A DNA stretch of 64,000 nt, taken from NCBI GenBank assembly GCA_028534125.1, contig CM052817.1, forward strand, positions 103,976,001 through 104,040,000. Direction: 5' to 3'. Below are positions 51,865 through 64,000 of this stretch, one piece after another. Each line of letters opens with the position of its first letter. Position 1 is the first letter of the stretch. The notes beneath the pieces were generated by a model, which saw only the letters and a list, made by a program, of their open reading frames with translations, had not been told where the DNA came from and made no database searches. Position numbers and translations under genes: made by a program. Source of the DNA: Lama glama. Lineage: Eukaryota.

Positions 51865-53283
51865 GTCTTGTTCTATCTTCTTTGTATCTTGTCTGTTTTC
51901 TCCGACTTTTCATTTCTTTGAGCTTTTGCACTGAATTTTGCAGGAATCATTTGGTTCAATAATGTGATTTTTCAGTTAAGTTTAGTCTACTCCTCAACCT
52001 ATTTTGCTTTTATTTGTTTTCCATGTATTTTTATTTTGGCAGCTCTTTCCCCCCTCAGCAGTTCTAATAGTTTCCTTTTTTCCCCCTTAACTTTCACTGT
52101 TGTTGATTTATGGAGGTGGTAGCTTTTCACATGTCTCTGAGGGTACTAATTACATTTACTGAAGTTTCCCTGTTTTTCTGTTTCTTTTATTAATGATGTT
52201 TTTCAGGAGTTAGTCTGTTTGCTGCTGAAATTTGTAAATAGCTTAGTCAGGTTCTTAATGTTAATTTTCTTCAATTTTGTGGTGATTTGAGACTATCAAT
52301 TTCTATTTGTGGTTAAAAATTTACATAAAAAATACTGGCAGCTGGAATGCATTTTAAAGTCTAAATGGAGATTACAGAGAATTTTGTTGCTTACTGGTTG
52401 CAGGGGGTGTGGCGAGGTACGACCATGAGCAGGATAGGTACAAGCGTGTGTTTTCTGAGTGCTGGGCCTCTCAGTCTCAGCTTTTGGCTACAGTTAGCTG
52501 AGAACACCATTTCTTTCTGGAATCCATTGACAGTCCCCAATTCAGAATTACAGAATTACAGCTTGAACTTCTGCTTTTTAAAACTAATCAGCCTAGATTA
52601 GTCCTCAGTTGTGCTGCCCTACAACACCTTCTTTCATATAGGCTTAAAAATACTTATCTAAGTAGTTAAAACTATACAACATATGTGTAAATGTAGTTAG
52701 AACTATACAAAATAAGTAGGTAAAACTACAGCAAATAAGCAGTTAAAACTGTATAAGTGTAAAATAAGTGTAAATGAATCAATACAAACACAAACAAAAG
52801 AATTATTGAGAATTTGCTGTGTTCTAGATGCAGATCCCAAATGAAGATACAAAGCTGATGGGAAGGGGAAACAGGAGTGGGTTCTAGGGAGCAGATGGAC
52901 ATTCAGGAGAGGAGCTGGTAAATTACAGTAAATGGAAGAAGGCTGTGCTGTGATCTCAGTCTTCATGTACTCTGGTATTATTTTTAATTTCCTAAGCTGA
53001 AGAAATTGTAAAGCATATACCTGTTATGCTCACAACAGATTTATAAGTTCTAGCACAGTAGGTGTCAACATCTGAAGCATGGAACAGTGCTAGTGGTTCA
53101 ACGTTGTGTCCCTACTGCAAAGCCTGAGTCAGCGTCCCCCAAGAGCTGTATGCATCTACCTTGTATGCAGAGTTTCTGCAACTTTCAGATTTATGGGCCA
53201 CATGGTGGAGCCCAGATCTTTCTTTTTAGAAAATGTCTATGTGTGGTTCTGAGGGGCATTTTGAATTTAGAATCAGTGGCCTG

Positions 53284-54700
53284 AATACTGCCCAAGACAA
53301 TTTTCAGATTCAGTGCAGTCTCTATCAAATTACCAATGACATTCTTCACAGAACTGGAACAAAAAATGTTAAAATTTGTATGGAAACACAAAATACCATG
53401 AATAGCCAAAACAGTCTTGAAAAAGAAGAATGAAATTGGGGAATCATGCTTCCTGACTTCAGACTATACTAGAAAGCTACAGTAATCAAAACAGTATGGT
53501 ACTGGTACAAAAACAGACACATAGGTCAATGGAGCAGGATAGAAAATCCAGAAATAAAGCCACACACTTATGGTCAATTAATCTACAACAAAGGAAGCAA
53601 GAATATACAATGGAGAAAAGACAGTCCCTTCAACAAGTGGTGCAGGGAAAACTGGACAGCTACCTGAAATGACTGAAATTAGAACATTCTTTAACACTGT
53701 ATACAAAAATAAACTCAAAATGGATTAAAGACCTAAATAAGACCAGATACTATAAAACTTCTAGAGGAAAACAGAGGCAGAACACTTGCAGACATAAATC
53801 ACAGCAATATATTGTTTGAACCAGTCTCTGGAGTAATGTAAATAAAAGCAAAAATAAACAAATGGGATCTAATTAAACTTAAAGCTTTTGCACAGCTGAG
53901 GATATCATCAACAAAATGAAAAGACAACCTACAGAATGGGAGAAAATATTTGCAAATGATGCAACTGACAAGGGACTAATTTCCAAAATATACAGATAGC
54001 TAATACACCTTAATATCAAAAACCAACCAACCAAACAAACAAACAAAACAAAACAAAAAACAAGCAACCCAATCCAAAAATGGGCAGAAGACCAAGCAAA
54101 CAATTCTCCTATGAAGAAATACAAATGGCTAATAGACACATGAAGAAATGCTCAGCATCGCTGTCAGAGAAATGCAGGTCAAAACTCTAACGAGATATCA
54201 CCTCACACCGGCCAGAATGGCCATCCTTAAAAAGTCTACAAATGATAGATGCTGGAGAGGGTGTGGAGAAAAGGGAACTTTTGGTGGGAGTGTAGACTGG
54301 TGCAACCACTATCGAGGACAGTATGGAGGTTCCTTAAAAAACTAAAAATAGACTTACTATGTGATCCAGCAATTCCATTCCTGGGCATATACCCAGAGAG
54401 AAGTAAAATTCAGAAAGACACATGCACCCCAATATTCATAGCAGCACTATTTACAATAGTCAAGACATGGAAACAACCCAAATGTCCATGAACAGATGAC
54501 TAGATAAAGAAGATGTGGAACATATATACAATGGAACACTACTCAGCCATAAAAAAGAATAAAATAATGCCATTTGCAGCAACATGGATGGACCTGAAGA
54601 TCATTATTCTAAGTAAAGTGGGCAGGATAGACAAAGAAAAATGCCATATGATATGACTTATATGTGGTATCTTAAAAAAATGACAGAGATGAACTGTTTA
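53284..54700 (+). mobile_element. L1 ORF2 C-terminal part and start of 3' UTR, no poly-A
   Basis: cctgacttcagactatact, aacaagtggtgcagggaaaactggaca; ORF pieces [32 protein letters not shown] and TWKQPKCP. Confidence 0.95.
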
Positions 54701-55749
54701 TTATTTATAACTTAGATGACTGATTTCTTGAATATGTGTAAACACATTTGACTGTCCTTTATGATTGGATTACCACATTCTGTTGATTCTTAAAAAAGAA
54801 AAAAAAAATCACTGACCTGAGCAAAAGAGGACAAAAGGGAGATAAATATAAGTAGAATATAAGAAAAGAAATAAAACTAAAAATGAAAGGCAATAAATGA
54901 TTGGGGTGAATTGGTTATGTAAAATGCATTATGTTACAGTTGATGGTATAAAACCCCTCCTGCACTCTCCATTTCTTGATTCCCTAACACTACTGTCATT
55001 AATAACCTCCCTGTAAGATGAAATGACTGAAAGTTACTCAGGATAGGGAGAAATTCAAAGCAGAAAATAATAAGCTTAAATTTATGGCATGCATTAAAAC
55101 CAGTGGGAAATGTTTCAAATGGGTGCTTGAGCCTGACAAATCGGTGAAGAATTAGAAGTATGTGTTATTTATAAGAAACGGCCAAACTGTTTTTCCACGT
55201 GGCTGTACTGTTTTGCATTCCAGTTGAGAGTTCCAGTTGCTTCGTGTTATCACCAGCACTTGGTTTTGTCTGTTTTTAAAAATTATTGTTTTACCATTTA
55301 AATTAAAAACTTATAAATTCTAGTATTTATGTTGCAGAAAATGTAAAAATATCAATAACACCAGATGCATGAAGAGCATGTCTTCCTAGCTGAAAAAGGC
55401 ACACCCTTTCATTTGATCTTAATATACAGAAGAATGATCTAGGAGGAATAATGAAGTCAGACATCAGTCAAATAACTAAGTAACATGAAGAGAACATGTA
55501 ATGATGGTTGATAAGCTCATTAGTCACTGTGTACTTTTTCATGTGTTTTCCTTGTTTACAATCTTCAGTTTCAGTTATCAGAAAAACTCCATAAGAGGGT
55601 ATCAGTCTTGTCACAGGATGCCATCAGCAAAGAGAAATAGGCATCTGATGAAGTTTCTTGAATGCCTATAATTATATACCAGTTGATTTCATAAAGTTTC
55701 TTTTAAAAGCATATTGACAAGAGAATAAATTTGAGACAGAACATAACCT

Positions 55750-56020
55750 ATGCATTGAACAAATGCTTCTTAAATGTCTGCTTTATAAAAGGCATTCTGT
55801 TAAGCACTGTGGCAAACACAAAATAGAATGTAATTTGGTGCAGGCAGGATAAGACAATTATATGATTATCTCCGATCCAGAGTAGATTGTAAAACGTACC
55901 ATGGGAGATACACAGCACAGAGCTGCAGCTCTGGGAAGCAGAGGAATGGCATCTGCTAGGGGGAATTAGGGAACGCTTCTTAACAACAGAGAAAGTCAGC
56001 TTGGCCCTGAAGAATGCATA
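55750..56020 (-). mobile_element. L2 fragment
   Basis: cattgaacaaatgcttct, ggcattctgttaagcactg, ttagggaacgcttctt, ttggccctgaagaatg. Confidence 0.55.
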
Positions 56021-56216
56021 ATGGTTGGTCTGTTTATTTTGTTTTAATTTTTTATAATAAAATTAATGTTATTGTAGAAAGTTTTGAAGATCCAGATGCT
56101 TAGAAAAATGTAAAAGAAAGAAACAAACAAAAAACAAATCTAAGATTTCACCACCCAGATAAAACCATAATTAACACTTGACTATATTTCACTGTAGACT
56201 TTCTTCTCTAAATTAC

Positions 56217-57018
56217 TATTACCAAACTCAGGTTTGGCTGCTCACCACTCTAAAGCCAATACTCAGGACATAAGTGCTGTTGGGAAAAATAAAAGTTGCT
56301 TTATTCAGGAGGCCAGCAACCTGGGGAAAAGGTGGACTCATGTCCAAAAACCAACTCTGAAGATTCTGCCTGACCATGAAAGTTTTTAAAAGGAGACTCA
56401 TTCAGGAGGGTGTCAGAATATTTATTATCTTCCACTGTGTGCAGACTTTCTTCTGATTAGTTGGTGGTGAGGTAACAGGGTGGTGCTCCAGGAATCTTGT
56501 GCTCAGGCTGAGTTACCATACCCTTTTAGGTTCTTCTGGCTGGTTTAAGAATGAAATTGACATGAGACAGATTAGCAGGAGAAAATCACACTAAAGTTTT
56601 TGGGAGAGAACCAGAAAATCTGAGTAACTCACCCAAATGGCCAAAGCCTCTACCTTAAATACTATCCTCAGCTGAAGACAAAAGAGGATGTTGCAGCGAG
56701 GGAAAGGTAGTTATGGGAGGTGACCAGGAGAAGCAAGTTAACAAGAGTATGGTTGTTATGCAGATTTAAGTACTTGCCTTCTCCATTGTCAGGAGTTTCT
56801 AGAGATTTGGTCATCCCTCCTCTTTCTGGTACAGCAAGGAAGACACCTTAACAAATGGAGATTTCCCTTATAAATGTCAGTGTTTCTTACAAAAGGCTAA
56901 TTCTTACTTGGTTTTCAGAGTTGCGCCCATGTCTGCAGTTACTTATAAAATGATCAGCTTAAAATAATTAATATCCCAAAGAGACGTATTTTGAGATATC
57001 AAATTCTAATTCCCTAAA
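56217..57018 (-). mobile_element. Chimeric ERV1 LTR: 37186-family piece (56217-~56518) joined to a MER34-like LTR (~56519-57018)
   Basis: Left part matches 37186-37490 (aaaagttgctttatt.aggaggcca.caacctgggg); right part is the reverse complement of 40155-40650. Confidence 0.85.
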
Positions 57019-58639
57019 ATAGTGCATATGTAAAGGTGTTGTAAAAGAGACTCCTAGAAATGCCTTCAGGCAAGGCTAAAATTTCCTAAATTAGAATATT
57101 AGTTTCTTTGGATGCCAGTCGGTAGCACTGGAGAGTGTTCTGAGTACAAATAAATTCAAACAACTGAATAATCAAATTTTAAAAGATTGCAATGATTTTT
57201 GGAGACTTTAATATGTTAATATGAATCATTCTCTAAAAAGAGAATATGATTTGTTAATAAATATGTTTTGTACATCTATTTTTCCAAGGATCATTCTTTT
57301 TAAAGAGCAAGATTAGTATTTCACCAAACACACTTTGGAAAATGACAGTCTGTGCAGAAGGGATTTGATTGCTAAGGAATTCAAACTCAGTTTGATGGGC
57401 ATGAAAATCACACTTTTACAATAAATGGTGAGATTTTTATCTTTGGAGCTTCTTCCAAAACACTGGACATAGCTCACATGAATATCTGGTGGTTGAAGAA
57501 TGAATTCAATGTTTTTCATCTGGTTTTCCAGTAAGTTTGTTATTGTATTCTTTATTTAATCTTTTGACCCTCCTGGTGCCTTTTGAAGAAATGCTCAAGT
57601 CCTTAAATGTTGTTTTAAACAGATACAATTGTCACCCTGTACATGCCTTTGCATGACAGTTTCCAGCTTTTCTGTTAATTATCCTGGTTAATTAAGAATG
57701 GAATAATAAAATCGTATTTCCACCCTGTAGGTTTGCTGTTGTCATTTTGCGTTTCTAAAACTTCATTATTGGCTCAACTCTCACCTCTACAACATTCCCT
57801 TTGAGATCTTCCTCAAATTTTCCCACATGGTGTATTACTCCTACTGACTTAACTGATACAGAATTCACACCCTCTATCAAATATTACCCTTAAGGTAGTG
57901 TAACACATATAAACAGTGAACAGTCATAATTTGTAAAACTGCCATCAAAATCTGCAGTCTATCCTTACTATTCTTGATTAGTCAGACTTTTTTTTTAAAT
58001 AGATGATCCATCTCCCCCTTTATCCCTCTCTTTTTCTCCATCCCTCCCTTTCTGTCTCCGATTTTTATACTTGGCAGACTCTGTAGAGCTATCTATGGGA
58101 AATACTAACTATGGAAATCTGGGTGAAGGGTATCTTGCCTACAGATGCCAACAGGACTTATTATTTCTGTTATTGCTACAAGTCTACACTGGTAAGTCCT
58201 TTTTCTTTTACAAAATTACTTTACTTATAATCCGGCCTGCTTTCCTTCATAATATTCATAAATCATATGTTTCTTTCACATACTTGAAGAACCACCTATC
58301 TTTGTGATGCCTTTCTGAAATATTTCCCATAAATTAATTTCCTCAAACACAGAAAGCATGGAAAACATAATCTAAATGAACAGGAAGGCAGGATAAAATA
58401 AAAAGACACATGCTGATTTAAAATCTAAAATGCTAAATATCAATTACTATTCTAAAGAGTGTTGACAGGTGGTATTGAAATACATTTTGTAAAATAAAAT
58501 GACAACAAAACAGCTTGTATTTATTTTTTATAGAGAATATAATAATAAATTGTACCTGCCTAACAGATTGAACTAAAGGTCAGCTATATAAAATTTCAAT
58601 CCTTCTAGTTTATTCAATTATAGTCAATTTCTGGAGGCT

Positions 58640-59170
58640 ATTTAATAGCAGACACCAACTCTTGTCTTCCCATCATCTTGTCTCACCATTTCTTTTTCTT
58701 TGTTACCTACACACTGATTTCTTTAAGTGCTGGCTTACATCCCTTGAACTCAGGGAATGTGGTTCAGAGGATGATCATAATTGATCCAAACCAGTCCTGA
58801 TAAGTTATTTTTTTCTTGGCCTGTTACTGGTCTGAGAATGGACACATCATCCAGTTATTGCCAGTAGAATGTAAACAGAGCCTGCCAGTTAGTATAGCCA
58901 TTCACCTTTTCTTCTTTCTGCATGGAACACTGATGTTCAGACGTGCAGCAGCAGCTGTTTTGTGGCCATGAGGCAACATGCAGTATAAAAATCAACAAAA
59001 TATTGATGGTGGAGGAGAGAGAGGAAAAAAAATCATGTATTTCTGAAAACATCACTGAGCATCTGTAATCACCCCTGGATTTCTTTCTCTGAATGTCTGT
59101 TTACATGAGAAAAATAAACAATTTTTTGATTAATTCACTGGAGGCAGGTTGGCTTTCTTTTCAAATAAAA
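58640..59170 (+). mobile_element. Old MLT1J/K-like LTR
   Basis: gcagcagctgttttgtggccatgagg, catcactgagcatctg, tttacatgagaaaaataaac. Confidence 0.6.
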
Positions 59171-60901
59171 TCGTTTCTATTCGATGAAAATTTGATGCTA
59201 TATATTTGTTTTTACTTAATTATGGTTTACATAAATGTAAAGGACTCTGAAAACTAAGTAATCCTATGATTTTATGAATCTTATTTTCTACTCTTCCATC
59301 AGATATTGATTGTTCTCTCTGATTAGTTCAGTTCTCCTGTAACTACTATCATAGTATCATATATTTCTCCTTTTCAGTTATAATTTAATTTATATAATTT
59401 CTTATTTAATATCTGATTTATCCATTAGATATCTGCCATTTCTGAAGTTTTGAACAGTGGAGCACAAGATATTCTTTAATGTTTAATCTAACTTACAAAT
59501 TTAACACAATAATATACAAATTTGTTTTCATGTGTCCTCAAGAATGGTTTCAGTGTGGAAGTTGTACCCTTATTGTCAACAATTCATCAGCAAATTCATA
59601 GACTAGTCTGGTTATACACACCCTAAATCAAGTGTACAAAATGTGGTAATGTCCAGTAGTGTATGTTTAAAATTATGGGATATATCTTTTGAAGGATAAA
59701 ACCAATTTTGAAGGGAATGGGAGGTTCTATCTTTCTTCTTCCTTTCCCCCTCAGCCTACATTTTTTTCAGACTCCACTATGAGGAAGAGCAGAATAAACA
59801 AAACTATTTTGAGGCAGGAAAATATAGTTGCCTAAAATATCATGAAATTTTTATTATTTAGTATCCCTGCTGCTTTATTTTTGTTTATATAATGGACTTT
59901 ATTTGTAATAACTTTGACTATGATCTATCTGTAGGGATAGAGAAAATACAATTTTCAAAAAGTTTTTAATAGTTTTGAGAAAATACAATTTTTAGAAAGT
60001 TAAAAATATAACCCTCATTCAAATACAAGATTAGAACTATTTTATTCAAATCATTAATTATCTAGGGACAAATAAGATGATAAACCTGAAAAAAAAAGAT
60101 GGTAAACCTGATTTCAAGTACCTTTGAGAAACAGGGATTTTGGGGAAGTATTTTAAAATGGTAGGATAAGATTGCTAGGTTGGATACACATAAAGCTGAT
60201 TATTGCATCTTACAAGGCGGCGAAACCATAACCTATGGGTATATTCTTTGCTGGACAGAAATCTGTAACTTAACATATAACTTCACACTCTCTGTAATTA
60301 GCTATATTTGAATAAAAATAGAACTATCAAGCACAGGTGTATTCTTTTGGAGATTTAAGGAATCTGTGAGGAGTTTGTTAAACTATGTCATAGTGTAACA
60401 CTAAAAGAATATATTGAGCACCATTTTTTTTTCTGAGTCTCAATTAAATTTTAAGAGGTTAATCAGAGACACTGCAGTTAATAACCTTTAAAAATGTGCA
60501 GAGGTACTGAATTTTTAAGTAGCTCCCTTTGTGACTTGACAGCTCTTGCTTCTAAATCATTTTTGTGTTACGAAGGTGTAGCTCAGACCCTACTTCCTAC
60601 CTTGTGATAACATTTCGTCAGTGAGAATGAATCGAAATACTGGGTGATCCATACCTCTGAAATTTATAAAATGAAAAACCAGTCCAACATAAATGTAAAT
60701 ACATTGGAGTTTCAAGCTTTATATTGTGAAACTTGATTTTATGATACACTTGATACTGATATCTGACAAAGAGACTTTATCATCTAAGATGTCATAAATC
60801 ACTTTGGGGAAAAGAATGATTTCCCCCTTACTAATAGGTTTTTCTCAATTCTTAGTAATACTAGCTGGCACTTTTCTGAAAACTTACGTAGAGATTTTAG
60901 C

Positions 60902-63900
60902 TTTTGTTTTTTTTCAATTGAAGTATAGTTGACTTATAATTATATATTAGTTTCAGGTATGTAATATTCAGTATTTTTATAGATTATGTGCCATACAGAG
61001 TTATTATATTATTATTAACTACATTTCCCATGTTGTACCTTACATCCCTTTTTACAAATGGTGTGTTGTACTTCTTAATCCTATTCACCTATTTCACCCA
61101 ACTCTCCACATTCTTCTCCTCTGGCAACCACTCTTCTCTGTTCTGTGAGTCTTTTTCTATTTTGTTATATTTGTTTATTTTTTTTTTAATTTAGATTCCA
61201 CATACAAGTAAAAACATACACAGTATTTTTCTTTCTCTGACTTATATTACTAACATAACACCTGCCAGGTCCATCTTGATCCTGAACTATGATCCTTTTA
61301 ATATATTATTGAATTCAGTTTGCTAGTATTTTGCTAGACTTTTGCATCTGTGTTCATCAGTGATTTTGGTGTGCAATTTCCTTGTTTCCTGGTGTCTTTG
61401 CGTTGTTTTGGTATCAGGTAATGTTGGCCTTGTAGAATGAGTTTGGAAGTATTCCATCTTCTACAATTTTTTTGGAATAGTTTGAGAAGGATAGGTACTA
61501 AATCTTCTTTAAATGTTTTATAGAAGGCCCCTGTGAATCAGTCTGGTCCTGGACTTTTGTTTGTTGGGAATTTTTTGATTACTGATTCAATTTCATTACT
61601 GGTAATCAACATTTTTATATTTGCCATTTCTTCCTGATTCACTCTTGGATTCATTTCCAAGAATTTATCCATTTCTTCCAGATAGTTCAATTTGTTGGCA
61701 TGTAATTGTTTGAAGTATTCCCTTAAGATTGTATTTCTGTGGTACTGGTTGTAACATTTTCTCTTTCATTTTTAATTTTTTTTGGGAACTATTTGTCTTT
61801 TCCTCTTGATGTGTTTGGCTAATGTTTTATCAATTTTGCTTTACTTTTTGAAAAAAAGTCCTTAGTTTCATAGATCTTTTTTATTTATTTTTTGTCTCTG
61901 TTTTACGCTGATCATTATTTCTTTGCTTCTGCTTTGCTCATTCTATTTTTTATAATTTCTTTAGATGAAAAGTTAGGTACTTGTCTGAGATTTTTCTCAT
62001 TTCCTGAGATATGCCTATATTGCTATAAATCTCCCTCTTCAAACTGCCTTTGCTGTGTCCTGTAGATTTGAGGAGGTTGTATTTCCATTTTCATGTGTCT
62101 CAAGCTTTTCTTTATTTCTCCTTTAATTTCTTTGTTGATCCTGGTTTTTTAATAGCATGTTTTAGGTCTTGAACTATTTGTGATTTTTTTCCAGTTTTCT
62201 TCCTATAATCGATTTCTAGTTTTATTCCACTGTGGTCAGAAAAGATTCTTGATATGAATTTAGTCATCTTAAGTGTGTTGAGACTTGTTTGGTGGTCTAA
62301 CATGTGCCCTATCCTGGAGAATTTCTATGTACAATTGAAAAGAATACATTCTGCTTTTTTGAATGGAATTTATGCAGATGTCTATTAAGTCCATCTGATT
62401 TAATTTGTCATTTTAAGATTGCTATTTCCTTATTAATTTTCTGTCTGGATGTTCTGTCTGTTGATTTAAGTGGGGTGTTAAAATACTCCACTATTACTGC
62501 CAATTTCTTCTTTTATGTCCGTTCATGTTTGATGTATATATTTCGGTGCTCTTATGTCAGATACATATATATTTATGAATGTAATATCCTCTTGTTAGAT
62601 TGTTAGATTGACCCTTTTATTATATTTATTTTATTTTGATTATATTATATTTTATTATATTTTACTATATTATAATGCCACTTTTTTCTTTATTACAATC
62701 TTTGATTTAAAAGTCTATTTTGTCTGATATGTGCATTGCTACCCCAGCTTTCTTTTCATTTCTATTTGCATCTTTTTCCATCCTCTCACTTTCAATATGT
62801 GTGTGTCTTTAGCTTTCAACTGAGTCTCTTGCAAGCAGCATATTGATGGGTCTTTTTTTTTTTTAAATCTATTGGGCCATTGTTTTTGGATTTGGATTTT
62901 TAGTTCATTTACATTTAAAGATATTATTGATAAGTACTTACTTATTGCCATTTTCTTTATTGTTTTCTAGTTGCCTTTATTGTTCCTCTCTGCTCTTTTC
63001 TTCTTTTAGTTTCTTCCTTTGCAGTTTGATGATTTTCTTTAGTGTAATGTTTCAGTTTCCTTCTCTTTGTTTTTTATTTTGTATCTATTGTTTTTTGGTT
63101 TCAGGTTCACATATACTGGTATATTGAATATATATAAATATGTATATTCTTAAACTGATAGTCATTTAGGTTCAAACATATTGTAAAAATTCCACGTGCT
63201 TTACCCCCATGTTTCATGTTTTTTTACATCATATTTTACATCTTTTGTGTATTCCTTAACTACTTATTGTAGTTATTGATGCTTCTCAACTTTTGTCTTG
63301 GAATCTTCATCCTAGTATTTTAAGTGTTTGATACAGTGCCTTTGCTATATATTTGCCTTTACCAGTGAGATTTTCTTCCTTCATACACTTTAAAATTTCT
63401 TGTATCGACCTTTCTTTTATGCTTAAAGAAGATCCTTTAACATTTCTTGTAAGGCTGGCTTAGTGGTGATGAGCTCTTTTGGTTTTTGCTTTTCTGGGGA
63501 ACTCTATCTCTCCTTCAGTTCTGAATGATAACCTTGCTGAGTAGAGTATCCTTGGTTGTAGGTTTTTGGGCTTTAAATATCCCATGCCATGCCCTTCTGC
63601 TTGCATGAATTCACCTGCAAAATCAGCTGTTAACCTTATGGGAGTTCCTTTGTGTGTTACTCTTTATTTTTCTCTTGCTGATTTTAAAATTCTCTCTTGA
63701 TCTTTAACTTTACCATTTTAATTATAATATGTCTTAGTGTGAGTCTCTTTGGATTTATATTGTTTGGGACTCTCTCTGCTTCCTGGACCTAGATATTTGT
63801 TTCCTTTTTTAGGTTAGAGAAGTTTTTGGCCATTGTTTTATCAAGTCTATTTTCTGCCCCCTTTTTCTTCTCTTTCTGAGAACCATATGATGTGAATGTT

Positions 63901-64000
63901 GCATTTTGATGTTTTCCCAAAAGTCCTGTAAACTGTCTCATTTAAATTTTTTCTTTTTCTTTTTTCACTTCTGATTGAGTGATTTTTACTACTCTGCCTT
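60902..64000 (-). mobile_element. L1 with large internal deletion: 3' UTR (60902-~61275) joined to the ORF2 N-terminal part, spacer and ORF1 (runs off the window)
   Basis: ORF 62739-62951 (MAISKYLSIISLNVNEL...DPSICCLQET) is the start of the APE endonuclease; 62112-62303 contains IFSDHSGIKLEI; ORF1 antisense motifs lie beyond 63380. Confidence 0.92.

Overview
AT-rich eutherian genomic DNA, dominated by transposable-element relics. I found no recognisable host protein-coding exon, structural RNA gene or CRISPR array. The only ORFs with recognisable products are broken LINE-1 ORF1p/ORF2p pieces and a possible ERV gag-matrix remnant. The young L1 3' ends look cetartiodactyl-type, and I saw no Alu, Bov-tA, PRE-1, Can-SINE or ERE SINEs in 64 kb; together this suggests a camelid (inference). 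Contents: many L1 fragments, ancient L2/MIR, MaLR (MLT1) and ERVL LTRs, a MER82-like Tigger, a 500-N scaffold gap, and an ERV1-rich block right of the gap (one truncated provirus plus about seven LTR pieces, several with exact 4-bp TSDs). The structurally interesting items are an inverted duplication of an ERV LTR-PBS-leader, a ~210-bp fold-back, a twin-primed L1 with a large deletion, two L1 tails inside a single TSD pair, nested LTRs inside MER82, a chimeric LTR, and a few splice-site-flanked exon candidates. I cannot support a new biological system from this sequence. Family names come from pattern recognition rather than a database search. Boundaries without a TSD are approximate.
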